From contig OY760183.1 of the NCBI GenBank assembly GCA_963663275.1, positions 2,624,001-2,688,000 of the forward strand: DNA of 64,000 nt. Reading direction: 5' to 3'. This DNA is from Chloroflexota bacterium. GTDB lineage: Bacteria; Chloroflexota; UBA11872; VXOZ01. Both the position numbers and the translations under genes were made by a program. Under the pieces are notes generated by a model. The model ran no database searches, was not told the origin of the DNA, and saw only the letters and a list, made by a program, of their open reading frames with translations. How positions within the stretch are numbered: the first letter of the stretch is position 1; each line of letters begins with the position of its first letter. Positions 1 to 11,515 of this stretch are shown piece by piece.

Positions 1-1
1 C

Positions 2-67
2 GTCGCCGTCACCACCGACAACAACGACCTGGCGCGCTCCCTGCTGGACAAAGACTCCCTGCTCTAG
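2..67 (+). CDS. 3' end of an unidentified CDS entering from the left edge
   Basis: Open frame VAVTTDNNDLARSLLDKDSLL ending in TAG at 65-67 with host-like GC3 codons; too short to assign. Confidence 0.45.
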   Translation, partial: VAVTTDNNDLARSLLDKDSLL

Positions 68-220
68 CCGGCGTAAGCAGGTTGTGTGTACGGTGGATGG
101 AGGCGGCGCATCGCCCGCCGCTGCCGTGCCGGCTCTCACTCACCTGGCTGCTGCGCGCGCCGCAATGCACACAATCGCCCATCTGTTTTCGCTGGAATCC
201 CACGCGCCTTAGGAATCACT

Positions 221-1189
221 ATGCCAGCCTCGACTACGCCGCCGATTGCCGGCACGCATCCCCTCAGCCAGGACTGCCGCCAGTTTCTCGATTACTGCGG
301 CTACCTCAACCGCTCGCCGCAGACGGTGCGCACCTACGAGCAGATGCTCGGCGAACTCGTCGGCTACTGCGAGAAGACGCAGCGCCCGGTGGCCCGCGTG
401 GAAGACCTGACACTGCCGATTGTCACGGCGTTTCTGGCTTGGAAGCGCACCCACACCGGCGCGTCCACGTTGGCGAAGTACGCTTCGTGCCTGCGCAGCA
501 TGTTGCGGTACTTCAGCCTGCACGAGGACCGCGCGGTGCTGCCCTACGACAAGGTGCAGTTGCCCAAGTTGCAACGCCACGCGCCGCGCAACGTGCCCAC
601 CGCCGAGGACATCGTGCGCCTCTTTCGCTCCATCCCGCGGGATTCTCCGCAGGGGAAACGCGACCGCGCGCTGGTGATGCTCTTCTTCTCCACGGGGTTG
701 CGCTTGGCGGAATTGTGCGCCCTCGATCGCGCCGATCTGCCCCTGGAACGCCTCGGCGTGGACGAACTCCTGCAAATCATCATCAGAGGCAAGGGCGATA
801 AGGACCGGCCGGTCTTCCTGCAACAGGGCGCGCAACTGGCAGTGCGGGAATACCTTGAGGCGCGGGAGGACGACTACCCGCCGCTCTTCATCCGCTACCG
901 CCCCGGCATGGCGGCGGAGGCCGACGCCCTAGATGCGGAGAAGCGGCTCTCGCCCCGCATGGTGCGCAGAATCATTACGCAACACGCGCGGCGCTCCGGC
1001 GTGGGACACCTGGCGCCCCACGCGTTGCGGCATGGCTTTGCCGTCGACCTCCTGCGCAACGACGTGAACCTGCGCGTGATTCAAGAGCTTCTCGGCCACT
1101 CCAGCCTCTCCACCACGCAAATCTACACCCACCTCGTCAACCGCGCCCTGGCCGACGCCGTGCGCCACCGGACCGACCCGGTGGGCTAG
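221..1189 (+). CDS. Tyrosine recombinase, XerC/XerD family
   Basis: Catalytic R (GLRLAEL), HALRH and LLGHSSLSTTQIY motifs; N-terminal SAM-like domain (RSPQTVRTY); ATG at 221 after AGGAA. Confidence 0.9.
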   Translation: MPASTTPPIAGTHPLSQDCRQFLDYCGYLNRSPQTVRTYEQMLGELVGYCEKTQRPVARVEDLTLPIVTAFLAWKRTHTGASTLAKYASCLRSMLRYFSLHEDRAVLPYDKVQLPKLQRHAPRNVPTAEDIVRLFRSIPRDSPQGKRDRALVMLFFSTGLRLAELCALDRADLPLERLGVDELLQIIIRGKGDKDRPVFLQQGAQLAVREYLEAREDDYPPLFIRYRPGMAAEADALDAEKRLSPRMVRRIITQHARRSGVGHLAPHALRHGFAVDLLRNDVNLRVIQELLGHSSLSTTQIYTHLVNRALADAVRHRTDPVG

Positions 1190-1242
1190 CGTGCAACAAA
1201 CACCGCCTCAACAGTTCCAGCGCCCCCACACTCCCCGTAGCG

Positions 1243-1393
1243 CGGCTGACAGGGATAAACCTCTACTTCCGATTCTTCGTGTCATTCCGAGCGGAGCGCA
1301 GCGGAGAGAGGAATCTATGGCTTTCGCTGCAAGAATGTCGGTCCTAGATTCCTCGCTCCGCTCGGAATGACACTTGCCCACCCCTGTCAGCCG
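1243..1393. mobile_element. MITE-like element, copy 1
   Basis: Terminal inverted repeats CGGCTGACAGGG / CCCTGTCAGCCG, flanking direct repeat TAGCG (1238-1242 and 1394-1398), internal GTCATTCCGAGCGGAGCG...CGCTCCGCTCGGAATGAC palindrome; related copies at 31081 and 41838. Confidence 0.75.
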
Positions 1394-1486
1394 TAGCGCG
1401 GGGGCTATTCCCCCGCCTCCATAGCCTCCCGCCACCCGGCCTACTATCGATTTCCACTCCCCGTAGCGCGGGGGCTTGTCCCCCGC
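1393..1486. repeat. GTAG-type REP family A (GTAGCGCGGGGGCTTGTCCCCCGC), two copies
   Basis: Copies at 1393-1417 (the one hit by the MITE) and 1463-1486; same motif at 6811, 6884, 7751-7908 and 34875. Confidence 0.8.
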
Positions 1487-1532
1487 CTCCGTGGCCTGGC
1501 GCCCTCCGGCCTGTTGTCGAATACCCAGAAAG

Positions 1533-1572
1533 AAAGAGGAACCGGTTCCCAATGGAACCGGCTCCCCTCTTT
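1533..1572 (-). terminator. Probable intrinsic terminator of the solute-binding protein gene
   Basis: AAAGAGGAACCGGTTCC-CAAT-GGAACCGGCTCCCCTCTTT hairpin between convergent genes. Confidence 0.6.
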
Positions 1573-1613
1573 CATCCTATGCTACGTCACGTCCGTGGAG
1601 AACGCGTTTGCGC

Positions 1614-3044
1614 CTACCCTGCCGACTCTTCCGCCAGGATATTCTCCAGAATAGGCTTCACGTTCTTCAGGCCGTCGGCCGGCGCCACGTTGCCGGATAT
1701 CATCTCACCCCACAGCGGCCGGACCGCTTCTTCCATCATGCGCGGCCATGCCGAGGTGACGAGCACCGGGTCGCCGCCGTTGCCGCCCAGCGGGAGCGAG
1801 TTGATGAAAGCATCCACGCGCACGCCGGGTCGTTCCTCATACAGTTCGCGCAGGAACTTCTCCGCGCCCTCCAGCCGCGCCGGGATGTTGCTGGTAAGCA
1901 GCGCCCAGCGGTCTTCGGGAATGTGGAACTTCACGAACTCCCAGGCCAGATCGGTTGCCTGCGACTGGGTGCCAACCCCGTAGCCCCAGATCTTGAACTC
2001 AGGCAGGGAAACCGCGGCCCTGGGGAATGGCGTGAACGCCCAGTCGATGTCGGTCGTGTCGCGGTATCCGCCAAGCTGCCACGACCCCATCTTGATCACG
2101 CCGGTCTTGCCGAGCGTGAAGTGGGTGAAGCCGCGCTGCGGCTCGCCCAGATTCTCGTTGGCCTGATCGCGCGACGGCCAGGAGCGATCCTGGAGTTGCA
2201 GCGCGATATAGGACTCGTACGCTTCGATGACTTCCGGCGAATCGCAGATGATCGACTGGAAGTCGTCCGAAATCCACGCGCCCTCCCAGAGCATGGGCGT
2301 ATTGGGATAGTAGTTGATGCCGACCCGGTCCAGGCCGTACTGGGTGTACGTGCCGCCGGATTCCTTCGTCAGTTGGAGCATCGTATCGCGGAACTCGTCC
2401 CACGTCCACGAGTCGTCCCAGTCCTCAGAGGGTTCGTCCACACCGGCATCGGTAAACAACTGCCGGTTGTAGAGCAGCGCGATCGCCTCACCGTGATGGT
2501 ACGTGGTCAGGCCGTAGACTTTGCCCTCGAACGAGGAGAACGTCGTGCGGCCGTCCCTGGCGAACTGCGTCATGTCGTAATTGTCGCGCTTGATGAGATC
2601 ATCCAGCGGCTGGACGAGACCGTTGCGCACGTACAAGGGCGGCGCAAGGCACATGAAGCAATCGACCAAGACACCGCCGGCCAACATCGTCGTCAACTCG
2701 ATGCCCTGGCCTACCAGGCTGCCCGGCGCCACCACAAGCTCTACGGTCGCGCCCGGATTGGCCTCGGCGAACGGGTTGAGCATGACGTCTTCCACGTTGC
2801 CCAGGTCGCGCTCCGAGAACCAGGAGTAGTAACGAATCGTCACTTCCTCCGGCGCCGGGGCGGCCTCTTCGGCCTTCGCTTCCGGTTCCGCTTCTTCCTT
2901 GGCTTCCGGCTCAGCCGCCGGCGCCGTGGCAGCCGTGCCGCAGGCCGCCAGGATGCTTACGCCCAAACCGCCAATGCCGATGCCGGCCAGCAATCGCCGC
3001 CGCGTCATTCCGGTCAATGCGCGTTCTTCGTGCTCACTGAGCAT
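1614..3044 (-). CDS. Carbohydrate ABC transporter substrate-binding lipoprotein (CUT1 type), Tat-exported
   Basis: TRRRLL twin-arginine motif, lipobox LAAC, Ala/Glu/Pro linker, GKVYGL...LLYNRQLF..AGV.EP..W motif; AGGAGG before ATG at 3044. Confidence 0.88.
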   Translation of the reverse strand: MLSEHEERALTGMTRRRLLAGIGIGGLGVSILAACGTAATAPAAEPEAKEEAEPEAKAEEAAPAPEEVTIRYYSWFSERDLGNVEDVMLNPFAEANPGATVELVVAPGSLVGQGIELTTMLAGGVLVDCFMCLAPPLYVRNGLVQPLDDLIKRDNYDMTQFARDGRTTFSSFEGKVYGLTTYHHGEAIALLYNRQLFTDAGVDEPSEDWDDSWTWDEFRDTMLQLTKESGGTYTQYGLDRVGINYYPNTPMLWEGAWISDDFQSIICDSPEVIEAYESYIALQLQDRSWPSRDQANENLGEPQRGFTHFTLGKTGVIKMGSWQLGGYRDTTDIDWAFTPFPRAAVSLPEFKIWGYGVGTQSQATDLAWEFVKFHIPEDRWALLTSNIPARLEGAEKFLRELYEERPGVRVDAFINSLPLGGNGGDPVLVTSAWPRMMEEAVRPLWGEMISGNVAPADGLKNVKPILENILAEESAG

Positions 3045-3118
3045 AGTCGCTGCCTCCTTGGCGAGCATACCTTCACTGTTCAAACACCGTGCGCTAACTC
3101 ATAGCGCTCACGTTACAC

Positions 3119-3148
3119 ACTGTACGCAATCATTCCGCGTACCGTCAA
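3119..3148 (-). promoter_or_regulatory. Putative sigma70-type promoter
   Basis: TTGACG-N18-TACAGT upstream of the SBP gene. Confidence 0.5.
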
Positions 3149-3201
3149 GTTGAGCCGGTCTCAGGCGTCTTCAAAGGACTTCTCACGGCTGAGCACGCGG
3201 T

Positions 3202-4014
3202 CTATCTGCCGCCCGCGCTCGAGGTGGCCGCCGCGTCTTCGTGCATGGCGATCATGAGACCGGCAAGCGAGATTATGTCGAGCACGTTGTGGTGGAAGAC
3301 GGCGTCGAGACTGGCGAGGTCACCGGTATCGAGATAGTCGTGGTAGAGGCCCGGCACTTCCCGGGACGGCACGTCGCCCTGCCGCTTGAAATCGAGGATG
3401 TGTCTTTCGAGCGTTTGTAGCTGGCAGTTGGGCAATCTGCGCTGCCAGAGCCGCCGCGCGGCGTAGAGCAGGTCGCAATGCAAGAGGCCTTGCAGATCCA
3501 TCGTCACACCATGGGCCTTCATGCGGGCGCGCAGCAGCGGCAGGTCGAACCTGGCGCCGTTGAACGTAGTCATCGTCGGCCACCGGGGCAGCGTCTCGGC
3601 GACGGCGCGCAGCATGGCGGCCTCTTCGTCCGGGCTGCGTATGAAGTGCTGCCGCACGACGAAAGCGTCATCCTCCAGGTACCCCAAGCCCACCAGAAAC
3701 ACATACGTCCCCGGCCCGCCCAGCCCGGTCGTCTCCGTATCCCAAAACACCATCCGCCGCACGTCCGGCGGGCCGCTTTCTGCCCCCTTGCCGCCCGCGC
3801 TGCGGCTCTGCTGCGCCCCGTCCCCGTCCGCGGAACCCTTGTCCCTTTCACGACGATACGAGCCCTGCCGCCGCGCCCCCGCCGTCCGCGTCACCCGCGC
3901 CGCATCGACGTCCAGCGCCTGTCCCAAGGTGTGCTTTCCATGCCGGGAGTCAAGCGCATGCGCCACCTGCCGAACCAGATGCGCACCGTTAGATGACTCT
4001 TGTGTCTCCCACAT
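3202..4014 (-). CDS. RNase H-like DEDD exonuclease, YprB/MrfB-like (RNase_H_2)
   Basis: VFWDTETTGL, TFNGARFDLP, HCDLL and HHNVLDI motifs; start uncertain (4014 or 4053). Confidence 0.85.
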   Translation of the reverse strand: MWETQESSNGAHLVRQVAHALDSRHGKHTLGQALDVDAARVTRTAGARRQGSYRRERDKGSADGDGAQQSRSAGGKGAESGPPDVRRMVFWDTETTGLGGPGTYVFLVGLGYLEDDAFVVRQHFIRSPDEEAAMLRAVAETLPRWPTMTTFNGARFDLPLLRARMKAHGVTMDLQGLLHCDLLYAARRLWQRRLPNCQLQTLERHILDFKRQGDVPSREVPGLYHDYLDTGDLASLDAVFHHNVLDIISLAGLMIAMHEDAAATSSAGGR

Positions 4015-4071
4015 GTAACGTCTACCGACTTTCGGAATGAGACCCACACCCAATTTGCTGCTTTGATAGCC

Positions 4072-6426
4072 TTACAAGGGCCGCCATCCATACGTCTCAG
4101 GATCGAAGCGTTCATCAGGTTCTGCATCCGTTAAAGAAAGAATCTGATTGGCAAGGGCAATGCCGGCCTCCTTTCTTAGTTTGTCAGTTCCACGGAGTAG
4201 TCGTGGTGGCAGAATGCACCATGGGCAGCCGTCTCTGCAGGAACAGTCTTGGGCTATGCGCATACCGGTTTGAAGAACTTTCCTCCAAATGGAGAAACTC
4301 TTCTCTGCAATACCAATCCCTCCAGGGACATTCTCGTAGAAGTAGGACCTTGCAGGATGCTTGGCTGTTGTTCCTGTGTCGATGTCGTGACGGTCACAGG
4401 GAATCAAGAATGGAGCACCGATTCTCAAGAGGTGCTCAAGAACTGGGATCCCTTCATTAGGTTCATCATTCGTTGACAGGTTGGTGTCCTCAATACTCAG
4501 CCACATTCCAAATGACGTATTCTGTTTAGTGTCATTCTGTTGATGTTGTTCAATTACCTTAGTTGTGCGTTCATCGACTAGCTGGTATCCTCCGAAGTTC
4601 TCAAACACAGTCAGCTTGCCATAGTAAACTGAGATTGCCTTGCGGTATCGGTATCCTTTTGCCACATCTGACTCATTGATTACAGTCCAAAAGCTGGGCT
4701 TGGTGTAGTGATGAGGGACTGCGTCCTCTAGCAGCACTTCATCGGCCGTGTAGCCTTTCACACGGTAGGACCGGCCGAGATGGTTGTACACGGCTCCGAT
4801 AAACGCTTCCCTGAAGCGCTGCGTATCGGAAATACTGCCGATTTCGGTTTTACTGTTGTGCATCAGCTTGTAAACAGGACCAGACACACCTCGAATGTCC
4901 AACCTAGGGTAGAATGGCCCGCGTCCCATGAGTGGTTCCCCGTGCTGGGTTTCTGCTTTGGCTGCCTTCCAAAGGTCAGGGCCAATGATCTTCCTGTGGT
5001 GTTTCGGAGGTTTCCAACCTACCTCATAGAGGTAATAGGGTAAGTGTCGGCGGATGAGTTCTTCATTGCGGGTGCTCACAATGATCTCATCTAGCGGTTT
5101 CCTTAGGAAGGCATCGATATTCCTTGCAAAGAACTGGTCTACTGGATTATTCAAAGCGTAGTAGAGTACAAATGCAGTCTTATCCCAACTGCGTCCTGTT
5201 CGTCCGATGCGCTGCCAAGCAGACATCACATTGTCAGGGAATCCAGCTAGAATGCAGGCATCAAGGCGGCCTATGTCGATGCCTATTTCGAGCGCATTTG
5301 TTGAAAACACCACCTTGTAACGACCATCGCGCAGACCCGCCTCAATTTCTCGGCGGTCTTCAGCCTTGTATCCACTTCTGTACGGGCGAATTGCATCCTC
5401 ATTGAGGCCGTACCTAGCAGCTTCACGCCTGGCTCGGCGACAGGCGTCTTCAGCAAACTTCCGTGAGGGGCAGAACACAATGGTAGCCAGGTCTTTGCTC
5501 AAACATGAAACAGCGGCGTTTGCAATTCTTAGCTGATAGATATCATGGTACAAGTGCTCGGGAATGTCTGGGATAATGAAAGCAAAGTGTCGCTTTGGGC
5601 GAAGAGGTCTTCCCTCAGATATTGGCCAAGCTTTGCGTCCTGTCAGGCGTTCAGCGTGCTCCTCAGGGTTAGCGCAGGTCGCACTTGCGAGAAAGAGTTG
5701 TGGATGCACACCTAGCGCGTCCAATTTGGCGAGAAATCTTCTAATCAACAGAGCCATGTTTGACCCAAAATACCCACGATACTCGTGAATCTCGTCTATT
5801 ACGATGTAGCGGAGATTCTTTAGGAATTTCTCTTCCCACTGATGCGCCCAACCCAGGAATGACAAGTGCAGAGTCTCGGGATTTGTAAGCAGAACGGAAG
5901 GCGGTTCTTCCTTAAGCATCGGCCTCCACTCTCTATCGGTGTCGCCGTCGTAGAGCCAAGACTCGACTTTCCTACCACTTGAGACAGCTAGGCTCTCTGC
6001 GAGACTGTTGAACTGCCGGCGCTGGTCGTTAGAAAGCGCCTTCATCGGATGGATCATAAGGGCATGTGCGGTTGGGTCCTCAAGCAGACCAAGGATAATT
6101 GGAATATTGAAACACAAAGTCTTGCCACTTGCCGTGGCAGTGTTGATTACGAGGTCACGCTTCTTTCCCCCTAGGCGCGCGCGATCAATAGCATCTATCT
6201 GGTGTTGATAGAGGTTGGTAACACCGACATTGTGTAGTGCGTCTTGCAAGCCCTTGGGCAAGGTCCGAAACTCTGTTGCTGGAGCGAAAGTTGGTGGTAC
6301 ACTGACGCGAGTCCTAACCTGCACTTGATCTTTCTGTTCGCCTTCAGTGCCAGTTCGGACAGCATCAAATTCCTGAAGAACCCCCAACAAGCCTTCTATC
6401 TCAGAGTCTACCGCTCGTTCCTGCAT
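4072..6426 (-). CDS. SF2 DEAD/DEAH helicase with C-terminal DUF1998 Zn domain (YprA/MrfA/SftH/Hrq1 clade)
   Basis: LYQHQ, TATASGKT, DEIH, SAT, STNALEIGIDIG and QRIGRTGR motifs; C-terminal CDRHD...CSCRDGCPWC; visibly lower GC than flanks. Confidence 0.9.
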   Translation of the reverse strand: MQERAVDSEIEGLLGVLQEFDAVRTGTEGEQKDQVQVRTRVSVPPTFAPATEFRTLPKGLQDALHNVGVTNLYQHQIDAIDRARLGGKKRDLVINTATASGKTLCFNIPIILGLLEDPTAHALMIHPMKALSNDQRRQFNSLAESLAVSSGRKVESWLYDGDTDREWRPMLKEEPPSVLLTNPETLHLSFLGWAHQWEEKFLKNLRYIVIDEIHEYRGYFGSNMALLIRRFLAKLDALGVHPQLFLASATCANPEEHAERLTGRKAWPISEGRPLRPKRHFAFIIPDIPEHLYHDIYQLRIANAAVSCLSKDLATIVFCPSRKFAEDACRRARREAARYGLNEDAIRPYRSGYKAEDRREIEAGLRDGRYKVVFSTNALEIGIDIGRLDACILAGFPDNVMSAWQRIGRTGRSWDKTAFVLYYALNNPVDQFFARNIDAFLRKPLDEIIVSTRNEELIRRHLPYYLYEVGWKPPKHHRKIIGPDLWKAAKAETQHGEPLMGRGPFYPRLDIRGVSGPVYKLMHNSKTEIGSISDTQRFREAFIGAVYNHLGRSYRVKGYTADEVLLEDAVPHHYTKPSFWTVINESDVAKGYRYRKAISVYYGKLTVFENFGGYQLVDERTTKVIEQHQQNDTKQNTSFGMWLSIEDTNLSTNDEPNEGIPVLEHLLRIGAPFLIPCDRHDIDTGTTAKHPARSYFYENVPGGIGIAEKSFSIWRKVLQTGMRIAQDCSCRDGCPWCILPPRLLRGTDKLRKEAGIALANQILSLTDAEPDERFDPETYGWRPL

Positions 6427-6431
6427 CTCAG

Positions 6432-6722
6432 TCACTTCCTGCTGCAACTACACATGGCATCATCCACTACTTCCAATTCGCGTTTCAGTTTCTCATGACT
6501 GATCTACCGTCCCGCCTGAATGTCCGCAACACCCTCCTTGATAGCTTCCTCCTCCGAGGGACTCACCAGTTCCTCATCGAACGGCGCTGACATCAGCCGG
6601 CGATAGAGGGAGTTACTACCGACGTGGCGCAAGTACTCCAAGAAGCGCGCGGCCGCGCGAACCTCACCGGCGGGCAAGGCATCCACCAAGCGGTGCAGCC
6701 ATTCTCTTGAACCTGTAGGCAC
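6432..6722 (-). pseudogene. Putative type II antitoxin interrupted by an in-frame TAG at 6504-6506
   Basis: LHRLVDALP...FLEYL...APFDEE...EEEAIKEGVADIQAGR*ISHEKLKRELE: the antitoxin-like C-terminal motif continues past the stop; no toxin gene follows. Confidence 0.6.
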
Positions 6723-6810
6723 CGCCGTCTTCCTTCCGGTCTCGCTTCCGCTCTTACTCTACCACTCGGCCGCAAGTTAACACAGTTGTTGTATCGCCAA
6801 TCTCCAAGAG

Positions 6811-6940
6811 GCGGGGGACAAGCCCCCGTGCTACAAGCGGCCAGCAATGTCACGCAGGCGCTCTATCGACTATCACCAGAGATGCGGGGGACAAGCCCCC
6901 GCGCTACAAGAGACCGGCTACGTCACACAGGCGCGCTCTA
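6811..6940. repeat. Two REP family A copies within 73-bp direct repeat units
   Basis: GCGGGGGACAAGCCCCCG(T/C)GCTACAAG...GTCAC.CAGGCGC starting at 6811 and 6884. Confidence 0.8.
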
Positions 6941-6987
6941 GCGTTTTGCGCGTCGCGAGCGGGTTCGTTTTCGCCCGGTCTACTTCT

Positions 6988-7194
6988 CTACACCTCAACG
7001 AGCATCGTTGAAGCTTGCGGTTCCGGCAGGGGGATGCCGACTTCTTTCATGCCTTCCAGGTGAAAAGCAATGGCTTCCCGTATGCGCTGCGCGGCTTCTT
7101 CCTGCGTCTTGCCGGTAGCCACGCAGCCCGGCAGGTCGGGCACGTAGGCCGAATAGTTGCCAGGCGTTTTCTCTATCACTACGGCGTATTTCAT
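6988..7194 (-). CDS. hicB: HicB-family antitoxin (short form, no DNA-binding domain)
   Basis: YAVVIEK...YSAYVPDLPGCVATGKTQEEA...IREAIAFHLEG signature. Confidence 0.9.
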   Translation of the reverse strand: MKYAVVIEKTPGNYSAYVPDLPGCVATGKTQEEAAQRIREAIAFHLEGMKEVGIPLPEPQASTMLVEV

Positions 7195-7198
7195 AGTC

Positions 7199-7693
7199 CT
7201 AGAGCGCCTCGTAGACTTTGCGGCCGACTTTGGAGACCGGGCGCAGCCGCCGTTGGCGGACGAGGGAGTCGATGGCGGCCAGCACGGCGGGTTCGCCGTG
7301 GCGGCGGAATTTGCCGGTGATCTTGCTCAGCGCACGGGGACGGGCGCAGTAGTCCAGGACGTCTTCCGCGAGCACGTCGTGCGTACCGGGCAGGGGTTCG
7401 ATTGGCTGCACGAGGGTGTGGCCGGGGTTGGCGTCCGCGTGCTCGCCCGGGGTGAATTCCAGGCGTCCCAGGCGCGCGTGATCCGCCAAGTAGCTTTGCA
7501 GCCGCTTGCGCAGCACGCCGCCGGTCCCGGTGGAGCCGTAGCCGTGAATGACGTTCAATGTGTGTACAGGGTCGCCGGCCGCCCATTGGAGCGCATGGTT
7601 GTAGAAGTCGATGAAGTCGGCCAGAGCCTCGTGCCAGGTCTGCTCGTGGAGGTCTATTTCGCGGTCGGACGCGATTTCGTGGGAGATCGTCAT
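7199..7693 (-). CDS. Stand-alone Smr-domain protein with a C-terminal extension, possibly winged helix
   Basis: IDLH, VIHGYGSTGTGGVLR and NPGHT motifs typical of Smr, followed by about 60 aa of helical/basic sequence. Confidence 0.8.
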   Translation of the reverse strand: MTISHEIASDREIDLHEQTWHEALADFIDFYNHALQWAAGDPVHTLNVIHGYGSTGTGGVLRKRLQSYLADHARLGRLEFTPGEHADANPGHTLVQPIEPLPGTHDVLAEDVLDYCARPRALSKITGKFRRHGEPAVLAAIDSLVRQRRLRPVSKVGRKVYEAL

Positions 7694-7750
7694 TCAGGGT
7701 TTTTCTTGGACACCTAGGCCAAGGTGGCGCTTGCCATTCGCGCAAAGAAG

Positions 7751-7908
7751 CGGGGGACAAGCCCCCGCGCTACGGTTGGGTTGCAGGCCGGAATGCAGGG
7801 GACAAGCCCCCGCGCTACGGTTGGTTCGCAGGCCGGAATGCAGGGGACAAGCCCCCGCGCTACGGTTGGTTCGCAGGCCGGAATGCGAGGGACAAGCCCC
7901 CGCGCTAC
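7751..7908. repeat. Tandem array of four REP family A units, 45-bp period
   Basis: GGGACAAGCCCCCGCGCTAC core repeated with near-identical linkers GGTTGGTTCGCAGGCCGGAATGCA. Confidence 0.9.
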
Positions 7909-7929
7909 TGGCATCAAAGTAACAAAAAT

Positions 7930-8048
7930 CCTTGGGCAACGGCCTATTTTCCCACACAGTCGCCCGTGCAGTATCGTCGGTGCTGAGGGGCTTAACTGCC
8001 GTGTTCGGTATGGGAACGGGTGTACCCCCCTCGCCTAGCCACCCAAGG
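7930..8048 (-). rRNA. rrf: 5S rRNA
   Basis: Terminal helix CCTTGGG/CCCAAGG, conserved CCCGTTCCCATACCGAACACGGCAGTTAAG segment, about 119 nt. Confidence 0.97.
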
Positions 8049-8203
8049 AGATTTGACTAAGTTATGGAGTGCCGCCGCGCAGGGCTTGCCTCTGCCTGCA
8101 ACAAGGCAGGGAAGCAAGTGCGGCGCGCGCTGTGAACGTGCTCCGGTGAACTATGCGCAACTGGTCTATGGATGCAGAACTCCAATTTTGCCAATTCGAA
8201 GCG

Positions 8204-11294
<3,091 letters not shown>

Positions 11295-11376
11295 TGCTTC
11301 GAACCGGCAAAATTGAAGTTCTGCTTGCGCATATTCACCTGTTAACGTGCCGCCCGCTTTTTGGGGCGCATCCCCT

Positions 11377-11406
11377 AATGTACCAAACATCATGCCACCG
11401 TGTCAA
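11377..11406 (-). promoter_or_regulatory. Promoter of the 23S-5S unit
   Basis: TTGACA-N18-TACATT about 80 bp upstream of the 23S 5' end, followed by a boxA-like GCACGTTAACA. Confidence 0.7.
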
Positions 11407-11515
11407 GGAAACCCAGGTAGGATTTTCCGGCAGGCAATTCTCGGCCTAACGCGGGCACGCCTATTCTTGATCGAGCCGCGTACACGGGGTGAAACCGGCG
11501 TCCGGAAGTCAAACG

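Noticed and set aside
221-1189. Tyrosine recombinase as a prophage or island integrase
   Set aside because: Size and motifs fit XerC/D, composition is host-like, and there are no phage genes or att repeats nearby.
6504-6506. Pyrrolysine or programmed readthrough at the in-frame TAG
   Set aside because: No pyl genes in the window and TAG is used as a normal stop by many genes here; a nonsense mutation is simpler.
7751-7908. CRISPR array
   Set aside because: The linkers are near-identical rather than unique spacers, the unit is a dispersed REP, and there are no cas genes.
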